IMG/VR virus record: IMGVR_UViG_3300046171_000328
Coordinates: 4,523 to 68,522 of that record
Direction: 5' to 3' (one strand)
DNA from: a virus
DNA length: 64,000 nt
The translations under genes and the position numbers were made by a program. The notes beneath the pieces were generated by a model. The model did not search any database. It saw only the letters and a list, made by a program, of their open reading frames with translations, and had not been told where the DNA came from. Positions 29,593 to 38,806 of this stretch are shown piece by piece (within the stretch, counting starts at the first letter, position 1; each line of letters starts with the position of its first letter).

Positions 29593-30504
29593 ATGACGAT
29601 GCTCATTGAAAGCAAATTCAACATTCTGGATAACTCCCGCCCTGACGGCGGTAATGCCAGACGCTACGATGTTGAGAATGTCCAATCTGTGATTGAAAGC
29701 CACAAGTGGCATGTCGAGCAAAGACAACTGTTGGGATATTATGGCCATCCGTCTTCCTTGTTTTTGAAGGAAGGGCTGCAGAACCAACCATCGAATGTTT
29801 GCGTCAAGCTCAATCTCAAGGGCAATATCGTAGAACACGCTCAACAGATACTGGAAACTGATACCGGTAAGGTGGTCACTGCTCTGCACAAGGCAGGAGC
29901 AGGCGGCTGGTCTTGGAGAGCATCAGGCCAAGATGGAGGGCGAACCAATGGAACCGTGCTGGAAACCATCGCTGGCTTCGATTATGTGCATAGCCCTTCA
30001 TACACGGCCATTCGGGAGAGTGTAGGTGATGAAAACGGTGATTATGCCCGTTTACGTTACCACCTGATTGATGAAGGCTTGAATGCGGACTTTGCTGATG
30101 GATTCCTACAAAGCATTGACGATGGTGTGAGTCGAGAAATCAACCGGCTCAAGGGGTTGGTAGCCGAGGCCGAGCAAAAGACCAGAGAAATGTCTAAGGC
30201 CCTGACAAGCTCGACTGTCGCATTGAACGAGGATATGGAAGATAGACTGGCGCTAGTCAAGGAATCGCTCTCCAGAAGCCCATACGCACTCACCGAGGGC
30301 ATTATTGACATTCTGGCCAAGGGAGTGGCTGATACCAGCGAACTACGACAGTTGATGGAAGCTCTGACCGGTTATCAGGGAGTGGACTTTGATGCGCTTC
30401 CACTGAAGGCGCATAAGAAGGAAACGATTCGGGAGCGTTTTGAAGAAGACAAACCCGATTTTGATCTCAGTCGGTTGTTTGACCATGGCTCTCGCAGTTG
30501 GTGA
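29593..30504 (+). CDS. pro: Prohead (head processing) protease, P1 Pro-like
   Basis: LGYYGH, HAQQILETDTGK, AGGWSWRASG, GFDYVHSPSY; AGGAG RBS at 29581. Confidence 0.9.
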   Translation: MTMLIESKFNILDNSRPDGGNARRYDVENVQSVIESHKWHVEQRQLLGYYGHPSSLFLKEGLQNQPSNVCVKLNLKGNIVEHAQQILETDTGKVVTALHKAGAGGWSWRASGQDGGRTNGTVLETIAGFDYVHSPSYTAIRESVGDENGDYARLRYHLIDEGLNADFADGFLQSIDDGVSREINRLKGLVAEAEQKTREMSKALTSSTVALNEDMEDRLALVKESLSRSPYALTEGIIDILAKGVADTSELRQLMEALTGYQGVDFDALPLKAHKKETIRERFEEDKPDFDLSRLFDHGSRSW

Positions 30505-30817
30505 CTTCCTGAATTGAAATCCCGCCTTTGTCATTGGCAATCCGAAAAGAATGCCCTGCCACCTTCAAGATGGTGTAGTTGGCAGAAACCAAATAGAGGT
30601 AATTCCCATGTTCCGGTTTTACCTCTATTGCTGGCTCTTCTTCAAGATCATTAATGCGTTCCAAGATAACCTGAAGCATTGTTCTAGAATTCGAAAAGTG
30701 GAATGGAGCAGACTGTTGGACTTGGAAAAACCAGCCTGCTCCTGAACCATCCATGGGCACTCTGCTCTCATCCAACGGGGGATGGTCATCACAGAGTGCT
30801 TGTAGGCTCTTTGTCAT
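30467..30817 (-). CDS. Hypothetical protein
   Basis: 116-aa ORF co-oriented downstream of the DUF932 gene. Confidence 0.45.
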   Translation of the reverse strand: MTKSLQALCDDHPPLDESRVPMDGSGAGWFFQVQQSAPFHFSNSRTMLQVILERINDLEEEPAIEVKPEHGNYLYLVSANYTILKVAGHSFRIANDKGGISIQEVTNCESHGQTTD

Positions 30818-30874
30818 GATCAGCGTCAGATCGCAGACGCCTAGACCTACCCAGAGCCGAGGGCGGAGGGGAAT

Positions 30875-31990
30875 TTAGGCGTAGGCCTCAACGTATTCCA
30901 TGCCTAGTTTATAGCCTCTCTGGCGAGTTTTCGCACCACCAGCATAGTAGTTACTCTTGAAGCGTGCTGCTCCAGAGGACCCCTGCACATGGCTGGTAAA
31001 GTTGGTGATCGTGTTGTAGCCTGCCCAGACTGTGTCCCGCTTGTTCTCTGGCAAAGAACCACGCTCAATGGCAAAGACGGAGTACAAGCGTTGGGCAAAC
31101 TTACGAGAGCGTTGCAGCTTTTCGTAGAAGAAGCTCAGAGCCTCTTCTCTGGCTTCCGGATCTTCGATGGCTTCCAACCTGCGAATCTCTGCCGGATTGT
31201 TCCACGTCTTGCCTGCGGCACGAAGAAAGTAATTCTCCAAGTCTTCTTCACTGCGGAACTCCACTTCTGACATTCTCCTAAAGTCACTCTCCATCTGCAC
31301 CAGATCTTCCGCAGTCTTGATTGCCTTCTCCTGCACATAGGGCAGCACTTCATCAGTGCGACAGGAATATGGAATGGCAATGTTGTTTTCGTTGAAGCTG
31401 ACCATGCCGTTGGAGCAAGCCAGTCGCAACGTCACCGGCGAAACATCGATGGTTTCATTGGGGTTGCCATGGCGAAACTTGACATGGTAGTACCCGTGAA
31501 CTTCGTCACCAGCAATCGGCTCCAAAGGCCGGTGATCCATTTTCAGCAGTGCAAAAATGTTGCGGCCTCCATCTAAGGAACCTGCACCCGCTAATTTGGC
31601 ATTCAGTTCTTTTTCAAACGGGCTGATCATATCAATCATTTCTGTATTCTGCAGTGGATTGTGAGTGTCCTTGACCAGACCCATACGGAAGCCATTGTCT
31701 TCACGGCAGAGCATCATCTTGCCCTTGTAGCGTCGATCTGGACCACCACCACCGTATTCATCCCGAATTGGATACTTACCCACTTCAAAGCTAAGATCTC
31801 GGTTTCCCTTGAGATCTTCGACTGTCAGAGTCTTCACGTTTTGTGTGAAGTTCGAATACTTGCCTTTGAGCAAGTCGGTTGACTGGCCATGGCTACCATC
31901 CGTTTGCTGGTAATCCAGAGACTCATTTCTGATGACAACCGAATTCTTTTCTTCCATCTGGTTGTCGAGTAAATCGGCGAGTTCGTTCAT
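30875..31990 (-). CDS. DUF932 / phage-plasmid-like protein
   Basis: PLQN..., AGSLDGGRNIFAL, LRLACSNG, TVWAGYNTITNF; start moved to ATG 31990, downstream of the promoter. Confidence 0.8.
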   Translation of the reverse strand: MNELADLLDNQMEEKNSVVIRNESLDYQQTDGSHGQSTDLLKGKYSNFTQNVKTLTVEDLKGNRDLSFEVGKYPIRDEYGGGGPDRRYKGKMMLCREDNGFRMGLVKDTHNPLQNTEMIDMISPFEKELNAKLAGAGSLDGGRNIFALLKMDHRPLEPIAGDEVHGYYHVKFRHGNPNETIDVSPVTLRLACSNGMVSFNENNIAIPYSCRTDEVLPYVQEKAIKTAEDLVQMESDFRRMSEVEFRSEEDLENYFLRAAGKTWNNPAEIRRLEAIEDPEAREEALSFFYEKLQRSRKFAQRLYSVFAIERGSLPENKRDTVWAGYNTITNFTSHVQGSSGAARFKSNYYAGGAKTRQRGYKLGMEYVEAYA

Positions 31991-32051
31991 TTTCGCTCTC
32001 AGTGAGGGTTGAAGGTGTTGAACAGTTTTTTCTCTGTTCAACCTAATATCT

Positions 32052-32087
32052 ATTATACCGTTTCCTGAAAAACGAGAACAACCCCCT
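32052..32087 (-). promoter_or_regulatory. Sigma70-type promoter with GGGTTGTT motif
   Basis: Minus strand GGGGG TTGTTC-N18-TATAAT upstream of the DUF932 gene. Confidence 0.65.
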
Positions 32088-32119
32088 AATTTGCCAAAGA
32101 ACAAAATAAAATGTCTTTT

Positions 32120-33258
32120 TCAAAACGAGTCGGCAAACTCGTCTCCAAAATTATCTGCTCCATTGAGACGCCGCTGCTCTTCCAGCCGTTCTTCGCGCAT
32201 GTTATCAAAGTACTGCGCTCTGTCGAATTGTTCATCATAGGCCCTCTGTCGCTCTTCTATTGGCGGCAGGGCTTTGTGCCACTTATCAAATGATTCATCA
32301 CGGATACGGTGGCTTTCAGCAGTTCTGGCGCGAATCTCTTCTATTGTTTCATCCCCAAAGAAAGACTTTGATGGAATAGGAACTTCAATCCAGAAGTTCT
32401 CCGTGGGTCTTGGGTTCCAAGCCCACATCTTCCCTGCCTCTGGTGGTGTCTTGGGTTCCTCTTTTTGGTGGCACTCTCGACAGCCCATCAGGCTGTTGTA
32501 CACAATCTTCTCCTGCACCACTGTTGGCTGTTCAGTTTTTGGAGCCGCGCCAGTTCCTGTTCTGGCCTTGATCTCGGTGACTACAAAGCCGATGAGCTTC
32601 TGACCCGTCTTGTTCTCACGCTGGGCATCAAAAAGAATACTCTCTAGTAAGTCAGGACGGTGGGCAATCTGTTGATGCAGGTTGCGCAAGTGCCCCATTG
32701 ACTCCTGCACCGCTCCATTCTTGCGACACCAGTAGAGCCAAGACTTCAGCGGAATGTGCTGCTTGGTGGCCAAGTAGTCTTCAAATGGAATTTCTTTTGA
32801 TTTACCTTCGCCAGCGTTGCTGGTTGAGTTTTCTTTCAACTCATCTTTAGATGAGTTTGTTTGTGGCTCGACTTGGGACACAGTAGTAAGAGTTTTGCGC
32901 TTGGCAGGTAGTAGTAGAGCAATCTGGCGCTTCTGGCTGAATTTGGCGCTCTTGCCACTACCAGACTCATACTGGGGCTTTTCGGTCAAGCGCTTGATCA
33001 GTCCAAGCTGCTCCAGTTTCTTCAGAGTCCGTTGAACCGTTTGTCTGGAGCAACGCCAGACACACATCAAGTATTTGTCTACAAGCGCAGGCGCAGGTTG
33101 CGGCGAAGAAAGAATATTTTGGCGAGAGCTTCAGCGCGGAAGTAGAGCCGATCAAATTGCGTTTCCTTGAGGACTGTGCCGATGGCCGCCTCTCGGTTAC
33201 GCCACTTGTGGCTTTTGGGCTTTGCGGGAAAGCCACTGGCTAGGGATAGATCCGTCAT
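32120..33258 (-). CDS. Putative replication initiator with winged HTH (5' end apparently frameshifted twice)
   Basis: CSRQTVQRTLKKLEQLGLIKR HTH; divergent from parA; continuous ORF 33070-32120 can be extended to ATG 33258 with two 1-bp corrections. Confidence 0.55.
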
Positions 33259-33271
33259 ATGTACTATAAAA

Positions 33272-33392
33272 CGAAAAAATGTTTGATTTATTCGGCTTAC
33301 AGCAATACTTTGGAGTTTCGAAAAAATGTTTGATTTATTCGATGTTGCTGTAACTGGTTGCTGCTAAACCGCCAGTTATTGCTGTAAGCCGA
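33272..33392. repeat. Direct and inverted repeat cluster (candidate origin or centromere)
   Basis: CGAAAAAATGTTTGATTTATTCG at 33272-33294 and 33319-33341; perfect 16-bp inverted repeat TCGGCTTACAGCAATA at 33292-33307 and 33377-33392. Confidence 0.8.
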
Positions 33393-33505
33393 TGATGAAG
33401 GCATGAAGCCGCAACCGCAGACACGACGTGCTACCGTCGTTCTGAACAAGTCGCTGGGGGAGACTGCAATCTTCCCCGAATGACTTCCTACCGAATGTCT
33501 CCTCA

Positions 33506-33540
33506 ATTCTAATCGAATTCAGTCTTTCATAACAACCCCA
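33506..33540 (-). promoter_or_regulatory. Promoter with GGGTTGTT motif facing rep
   Basis: Minus strand GGGG TTGTTA-N18-TAGAAT. Confidence 0.55.
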
Positions 33541-33561
33541 AATCTCGCTCTAGGTCCAAAA

Positions 33562-34416
33562 TTGTTCAAAACCATCACGATCTCCAACATCAAGGGTGGT
33601 TCCGGCAAGACCACTCTGACAGCCCTCCTTGCCTCTGAACTTTCCAAGAAGTCTCCTGTTTTACTAATTGACGCTGATCCACAAATGTCTCTGACGAACT
33701 GGGCCTTGCACCAGCTAGAAGGGGATGCTCAACGGCAGGCTATCGCTAAAATCGAAAACCATAATCTGTTGAGTGTCTTTAGAAGCGAGACAACCCTACG
33801 GGCTTGTGCGATTGAAGTCAACCCCAATCTGCATTTCATCGCCTCTCACGTCATGCTTGAAAAAGCCAATGAGGAATTCAAGGATGTGATTGGTCGAGAA
33901 ATGTTTATCAAGTCTGCTATTTCCGACTTAAACTTCAGTTTGAAAAACGATAATAACGGTCACATTGCATCACATGACAACGGCAAAAACGGTAAAAACG
34001 GCAATAACGGTAACATTTTAATTGACACCGCTGGCGATATTGGTTTATTAGCTATTATGTCATTGGCGGCGTGTCAAACGAGTTTGATACCCGTCGCGAC
34101 CAACGTGATGAGCATTCAAGCCTTGGGTTTATCCTTGCAGAGAGTTGAGCAGGTCCAACGATCACTGAACTCTGGACTAAACAAAGTTATGATTGTTCCG
34201 AGCTTGTTTACCCGAACTCGGAAGTCTCATCAGCAATGCTTAGAAGAGCTAAAAAAGGACTATTCGGAGCTTTTGCCATTGGACAAGAGTAACGAAGTTG
34301 TCACGATCTTAAACCGCGCTGAGATTGAGAATTTTATTCATGAGTCCCAGCATAATCTGTCCAAAAACTCTGACGTAATGGAGTCTATCGAAACCATCAT
34401 TGAGTACTTAGATTAA
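33562..34416 (+). CDS. parA: ParA family partition ATPase
   Basis: KGGSGKTT deviant Walker A, LLIDADPQ, ILIDT. Confidence 0.92.
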   Translation: MFKTITISNIKGGSGKTTLTALLASELSKKSPVLLIDADPQMSLTNWALHQLEGDAQRQAIAKIENHNLLSVFRSETTLRACAIEVNPNLHFIASHVMLEKANEEFKDVIGREMFIKSAISDLNFSLKNDNNGHIASHDNGKNGKNGNNGNILIDTAGDIGLLAIMSLAACQTSLIPVATNVMSIQALGLSLQRVEQVQRSLNSGLNKVMIVPSLFTRTRKSHQQCLEELKKDYSELLPLDKSNEVVTILNRAEIENFIHESQHNLSKNSDVMESIETIIEYLD

Positions 34417-34440
34417 AATCAGGTAATTCGGGCCTGATTT
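34417..34440 (+). terminator. Hairpin after parA
   Basis: AAATCAGG...CCTGATTT inverted repeat followed by an AT-rich tract. Confidence 0.4.
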
Positions 34441-34512
34441 ATATTTATAACTATATGATATTATTATATTAATTGGAGACATCCGGAGATTTTCATAGTC
34501 TATTTACATGAG

Positions 34513-35298
34513 ATGACTCAAGACTGTAAAACTATGCAATTCTTTAAAAGGAAAAGAGATATGAAAAAAAAAGGTATTAACACTCTGGCAAGCGGGAATC
34601 TTGCTCTAGCTCACAAGCATGAGTTCGTCAAGGCTAGCGTTGAGGTCACTGATCTCAAGCCCATCGATGAGCTAGTCGGCTCAATCAACGAGAATTTGAG
34701 TGCAGTTCAGAATCGCAAACGAACGATTCTATTAGACCTGCTTTATCTCCATCAGCATTGGGATGAGTACACTCGTCAAAAGGGCATGGAAAAGTATCAG
34801 GGCGACTCTGGCCTATATAAGTTTTTGCACGACAAAGTGCCCCAGAATTCAAGCACGTCTCATGCAGATGTGAAGATTGTTCGACTGCTGGCGGTGATGC
34901 GCAAGGGCCATCTGCTCTCGCAAGAAACCAACCGAATTGGAAGCCTCAAGAGAATTGCCTACATATCCAACCGACGCAATCCGGATGATGCGGATAAACT
35001 TCGCAAGGAGCTACTGGACGAACTACCGAATCTGACGAATCAAGAAGTTCGTGATCGAATCGATCAATACAACCGAGATAAAGGAGAGCCGGTTACCGTC
35101 AGAAGAAGGTCCAACAGGCCCTTTGAATTGGCGATCAATCCACAAAGAGGGAAAGTCCTAATCAAGGAAATGGACCCAGACACTGCCAAAAAAGTTGGTA
35201 AGCTGCTGGAATACATGACACCACAGCGCATCGACGAGCTTCTTGAGTTTCACATCAATCAAGAAGAAACTCCGCTGCTGGTTCAAAGACAGGGATGA
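34513..35298 (+). CDS. Putative ParA partner / centromere-binding protein (non-CTPase type)
   Basis: Directly after parA; helical, no GxxR CTPase motif; start may be ATG 34561. Confidence 0.55.
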   Translation: MTQDCKTMQFFKRKRDMKKKGINTLASGNLALAHKHEFVKASVEVTDLKPIDELVGSINENLSAVQNRKRTILLDLLYLHQHWDEYTRQKGMEKYQGDSGLYKFLHDKVPQNSSTSHADVKIVRLLAVMRKGHLLSQETNRIGSLKRIAYISNRRNPDDADKLRKELLDELPNLTNQEVRDRIDQYNRDKGEPVTVRRRSNRPFELAINPQRGKVLIKEMDPDTAKKVGKLLEYMTPQRIDELLEFHINQEETPLLVQRQG

Positions 35299-35331
35299 CT
35301 TAACCTAAACCACATGTTCTTGTGATCAATC

Positions 35332-35356
35332 ACTTATACCACAATTGGGTATAAGT
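35332..35356. promoter_or_regulatory. Palindromic site ACTTATACC-ACAATTG-GGTATAAGT
   Basis: Perfect 9-bp arms and 7-bp spacer, just downstream of the par operon. Confidence 0.5.
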
Positions 35357-35366
35357 CCTCGCTGAA

Positions 35367-35394
35367 GGAGCGTGGCATTTTCTTGCTGCGCTCC
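35367..35394. terminator. Hairpin between convergent genes
   Basis: GGAGCGTGGCA...TGCTGCGCTCC stem. Confidence 0.5.
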
Positions 35395-35402
35395 CTCCAC
35401 AC

Positions 35403-35960
35403 TCACGCTTTTACTTTCCAAAAGCAATTTTCTTTAGAGTATGGTTTCGACCTGTCAATACACCGCAGAGTCGTGTTTTCGGGCCTCTCTCCCATGTCTC
35501 TGAGAAAGTTATTGAACCCTCCTTGACCCTTCCATTCCTCGCAGACCGTGTTTCTGGCGGTCATAGCGTGCCAACAGGTGTGCATAGGCGTTGGCTTGCC
35601 GGTTGTTTTGTCAATACGGTGACCATGAGTGGTATCACCTCTGACTGTTCTATTGTAGCAATTCTCTCGTCGAGTGGCCCAGCGGATGTTGTTAATGTAG
35701 TAATTACCCTTGTTGTCTGGGTATCGATCCAAATCACAAAGTTTTCCGGTCGCTTCATCGATTGGTGGTTCTCCCAACCTTGCTCCAACTTCGTTGATAA
35801 AGTTGGTACATGCAACTCTGCTATCAACAATTCTGTTGTCCCAGTGATCATGAGTCTTGACGTGCCCATAATATTGATGATCGTATTTCAGTCGAGCCAT
35901 CATACGGTTCCACTTATTCCCAAGTGGAGTCTTGATCAGTTCTGCCAAAGTCTTTTCCAT
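35403..35960 (-). CDS. HNH-type homing endonuclease-like protein with two HNH-like units
   Basis: DLDRYPDNKGNYYINNIRWATRREN; second unit FLRDMGERP...IDRSKPYSKENCFW. Confidence 0.75.
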   Translation of the reverse strand: MEKTLAELIKTPLGNKWNRMMARLKYDHQYYGHVKTHDHWDNRIVDSRVACTNFINEVGARLGEPPIDEATGKLCDLDRYPDNKGNYYINNIRWATRRENCYNRTVRGDTTHGHRIDKTTGKPTPMHTCWHAMTARNTVCEEWKGQGGFNNFLRDMGERPENTTLRCIDRSKPYSKENCFWKVKA

Positions 35961-35997
35961 GTTGTCTCCTGAGTGGTTTTAAACGATTTCAGCTTCC

Positions 35998-36030
35998 ATT
36001 TTATTAAAGCCGAAAAACGGAAACAACCCA
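35998..36030 (-). promoter_or_regulatory. Promoter with GGGTTGTT motif
   Basis: Minus strand GGG TTGTTT-N17-TAAAAT upstream of the HNH gene. Confidence 0.6.
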
Positions 36031-36047
36031 CTTTCTCAAAACATCGA

Positions 36048-36388
36048 TAAGATGTGTACCATCTTGATACGCATCTTGGGACCGACCCAGAGTGCAGGCA
36101 TAAGACTGTGTAACACCTTGAGACACATCTTAGGGGCCGTCAGGAAGTGCTTTGGTAATACTGTGACTCACTTTGAGCAACAATAAAACTCCCTAAAGGG
36201 AGTAGAAATATAACCAACCCAGCATAAAAGCTGGGGTTGGAGATCGGGGGAGGACCGCCGTGGAGGTGGTGATAACTGCGTTGGCCACCATAGCCCCGTG
36301 ACCGCATTGCATTCGTACCCTTGGACGCGATCCGGAAAGGTCCAATTCAAGGTCCGGACGGCAGGCACTGTTATCACCTTAACTTTTT
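36048..36388. ncRNA. Candidate structured RNA or ssDNA element
   Basis: Stems 36048-36057/36123-36132 and 36268-36276/36370-36378; hairpins 36188-36203 and 36214-36240; possible pseudoknot 36321-36358. Confidence 0.4.
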
Positions 36389-36422
36389 GGGGTTGTTTTC
36401 AATTACGCCATTGACATATAAT
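36389..36422 (+). promoter_or_regulatory. Promoter with GGGTTGTT motif
   Basis: GGGG TTGTTT-N18-TATAAT upstream of the glycosylase-thyX operon. Confidence 0.65.
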
Positions 36423-36495
36423 AGCAGTAGTAATTGAATTTCATTTTCTGGCAACAAAGCCAAAATCACAATCCAAACTACCATCAAAGGTCCAA

Positions 36496-37242
36496 ATGAA
36501 TATCTTCTTCACCGATCCGAATCCAGAAAAAGCCGCTATGGCGCTCTCAGACAAACATGTAGTCAAAATGCTGACCGAGAGTGTCCAGATGCTTTGTACG
36601 GCTCACCACATGGCCGGTAGCGCCACAGATGCGATGATGCTACCAGCCTACGCCAATCATCCCTGCAACGTCTGGGTGCGAGAGAGCTTGAGTAACTACG
36701 AATGGCTCTTTGATCATGCCACAGCGATCTACTACGAATACAAAGAGCGCTACAATGGCAAAATCCACAAATCTGGTCAGGTCCTCGCCCACTTGATTGA
36801 CCCACCAAAAAACATTCCGGACAAAGGCCTTACTCCGCCAGCGCAAGCGATGCCAGCTTACTTTCGTGAAGCAGGAGCCTGTGGCGCTTACCGGCGCTAC
36901 TATGCTCTGGGCAAGAACCACATCTGTAGCTGGGAGCGCTCACCGAATGGCACACCCAACTGGATCACCAAGCTGCGTGACGAAGAGTACTATTTCTACC
37001 CACTTGGAGAGCGTTATCATCTGCTCGACAACACTGGTGACACCAAGCGCTTTGAGGCCGTGACGCCAATCTACTTGCCAATTTCCTCAACCTCCATCAG
37101 TTTTGAAGGCGAAATCGCAACACTCAAAAGGCATCCAGAAGTCTGCCCGAACGAGACAAGCCTGATGCTTCACGGTGGATTGCTGCGCAAAATCAACGGG
37201 CATCCAGCGAGTGTCTTTGAAGATGAAGGAGAATTTGCATGA
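36496..37242 (+). CDS. Pyrimidine-dimer DNA glycosylase / endonuclease V family
   Basis: MNIFF...DKHVVKMLTESVQMLCTAHH, NHPCNVWVRES..NYEWL, AQAMP, AYRRYY. Confidence 0.85.
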   Translation: MNIFFTDPNPEKAAMALSDKHVVKMLTESVQMLCTAHHMAGSATDAMMLPAYANHPCNVWVRESLSNYEWLFDHATAIYYEYKERYNGKIHKSGQVLAHLIDPPKNIPDKGLTPPAQAMPAYFREAGACGAYRRYYALGKNHICSWERSPNGTPNWITKLRDEEYYFYPLGERYHLLDNTGDTKRFEAVTPIYLPISSTSISFEGEIATLKRHPEVCPNETSLMLHGGLLRKINGHPASVFEDEGEFA

Positions 37243-37895
37243 ATACTGTTGAATTGTTGAAATGTGTTGGCAGTGATGAAGACATTGCCAGTGCAGCGTG
37301 GACCTCTAGCACACTGACACTGACCGAGGAACGCAGGGAGCGAGTACCGGCGTTAGTGCATCAACTCTATCGGGAAGGCCATCACAGCCCGTTTGAACAT
37401 TCACTGTTGAGCTTTCGTTGTGTTGTTGACAACTCCACACACGTTCAGCTACTCAAACATCGAATTGGTGTGAGCTTCAATGTGGAGAGTGCCCGATACC
37501 GAGCCTATCGGGAAGACAAGACCTACATTCCTGCCGATGCCCCTGAAGAGCTTCAGGAGATGATCAGAAGGGCTTCGCTGGAATCTTGGGAACGCTACCA
37601 CTACATCGTGAATAATCACGATGTGATGGGCCTGACTCGCTCCAGAGCAAAGGAGATTGCCAAGTACATGCTTCAGTTTTCTTCCCAAGTTGAAATGGTG
37701 ATCACTTTCAATTTACGAAGTTTCTTTCACTTTCAAGGGCTGAGAAACAGCACTCACGCTCAGATGGAAATCCGTGAAGTTGCACAGGCCATGCGAAATC
37801 AGGTTGAGGAAACCAACCAGTTTCGCCATGCGCTGGAAGCCTACGATCTGGTTCATAAAGTGGGAGTTGATCAGAACGACAACCTTCAAAAATAG
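37239..37895 (+). CDS. thyX: FAD-dependent thymidylate synthase
   Basis: GHHSPFEH, QLLKHRIGVSFNVESARY, NLRSFFHFQGLR, HAQMEIREVA. Confidence 0.93.
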   Translation: MNTVELLKCVGSDEDIASAAWTSSTLTLTEERRERVPALVHQLYREGHHSPFEHSLLSFRCVVDNSTHVQLLKHRIGVSFNVESARYRAYREDKTYIPADAPEELQEMIRRASLESWERYHYIVNNHDVMGLTRSRAKEIAKYMLQFSSQVEMVITFNLRSFFHFQGLRNSTHAQMEIREVAQAMRNQVEETNQFRHALEAYDLVHKVGVDQNDNLQK

Positions 37896-37903
37896 GACTA
37901 CTT

Positions 37904-38513
37904 ATGAGTAATTCACTGGCACGCATGAATGATCTGTTGGAGAAGAACCCCAAGGCCTGCAGCTTGGTTACTCTCTGAGGGAACAGACAGCTTCAAGGAT
38001 TCACTGATGGATCAGTGGCTACGCAAGGGCTTTCTCTCACCCAAGCAGTGGGCTGCTGCAGAGCGCAACGCTGATCGTGTTGATAAGCCCAAAGCCAAGG
38101 GAGAAAATAAGCAGGAAGAGCGCTTAGAACTAATTAAGATCATGTCCTTGTTTGCAGCGACGGAAGGCAAGCTGAAGAATCCAAAATTTCGATACAAGGG
38201 ATTGCGCTTTAAGAAAGTCACACATGGCAACCATGCCGGCAACGTGTTTATTGACCGAGGAGAATTTGGGACTTCGATTGGTAAAATCAATCAAGAGCGC
38301 TACCTGATTCCGTTTCGGGGAATGAAGGATGAGGATCTGGAAATCATCAAACAACTGGAAAAAGACCCAGTGCATGAGCTTTCCATGGATGGTAAGGAGC
38401 TTGGAACCTGTCGCTATTGCTCCAAAGAGCTTGAGGATGAACGTAGTGTGAGTGCGGGGTACGGGCCAGTGTGTGCTGTACGTTGGAATCTCCCGTGGGG
38501 AGATGAACGTTGA
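37904..38513 (+). CDS. DUF6011-like Zn-ribbon protein (frameshift near 37957)
   Basis: FKDSL...LSPKQW N-terminus and CRYCSKELEDERSVSAGYGPVCA C-terminus; ATG 37904 with AGGA RBS joins after removing one C. Confidence 0.7.
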
Positions 38514-38806
38514 ATCCCTACTTTCGTGTAAGCCTCAATCTGCCGGTCCAGCTTGGCCGGCGAAACTATGTGATTTCCACGCTGGTGGATGTCTTCACTC
38601 AGGAAGAGCGCTGGCGTTACGAGTTTTTATGGTTGGAAGTCATTGATATGGAAGGAGAGCAGACGTGGGTCTGTCGAGTGCTGGAGCGCTTGGGTAGCTG
38701 TGGTCGCAGAAACCTAGATGGTGACTTTTTGGTGGAGTTGATTCGTCCGAAAGTGCGGGAGATGGTGACGGGTAAGTTCATTGAAGAACTGAAGAAGGCT
38801 AGTTGA
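38510..38806 (+). CDS. Hypothetical protein
   Basis: Overlaps the previous stop (TTGA); 98 aa. Confidence 0.5.
   Translation: MNPYFRVSLNLPVQLGRRNYVISTLVDVFTQEERWRYEFLWLEVIDMEGEQTWVCRVLERLGSCGRRNLDGDFLVELIRPKVREMVTGKFIEELKKAS

Noticed and set aside
33272-33341. Mini CRISPR array
   Set aside because: Only two 23-bp copies, no cas genes, and the rep/par context explains them better
34445-34475. dif (XerCD) site
   Set aside because: TTATATTAATT resembles the XerD arm but no matching XerC arm is present; the region is simply AT-rich
36133-36388. tmRNA (GGGGCCG start, short ORF, pseudoknot)
   Set aside because: No T-arm or acceptor 3' end and no hydrophobic ALAA-type tag
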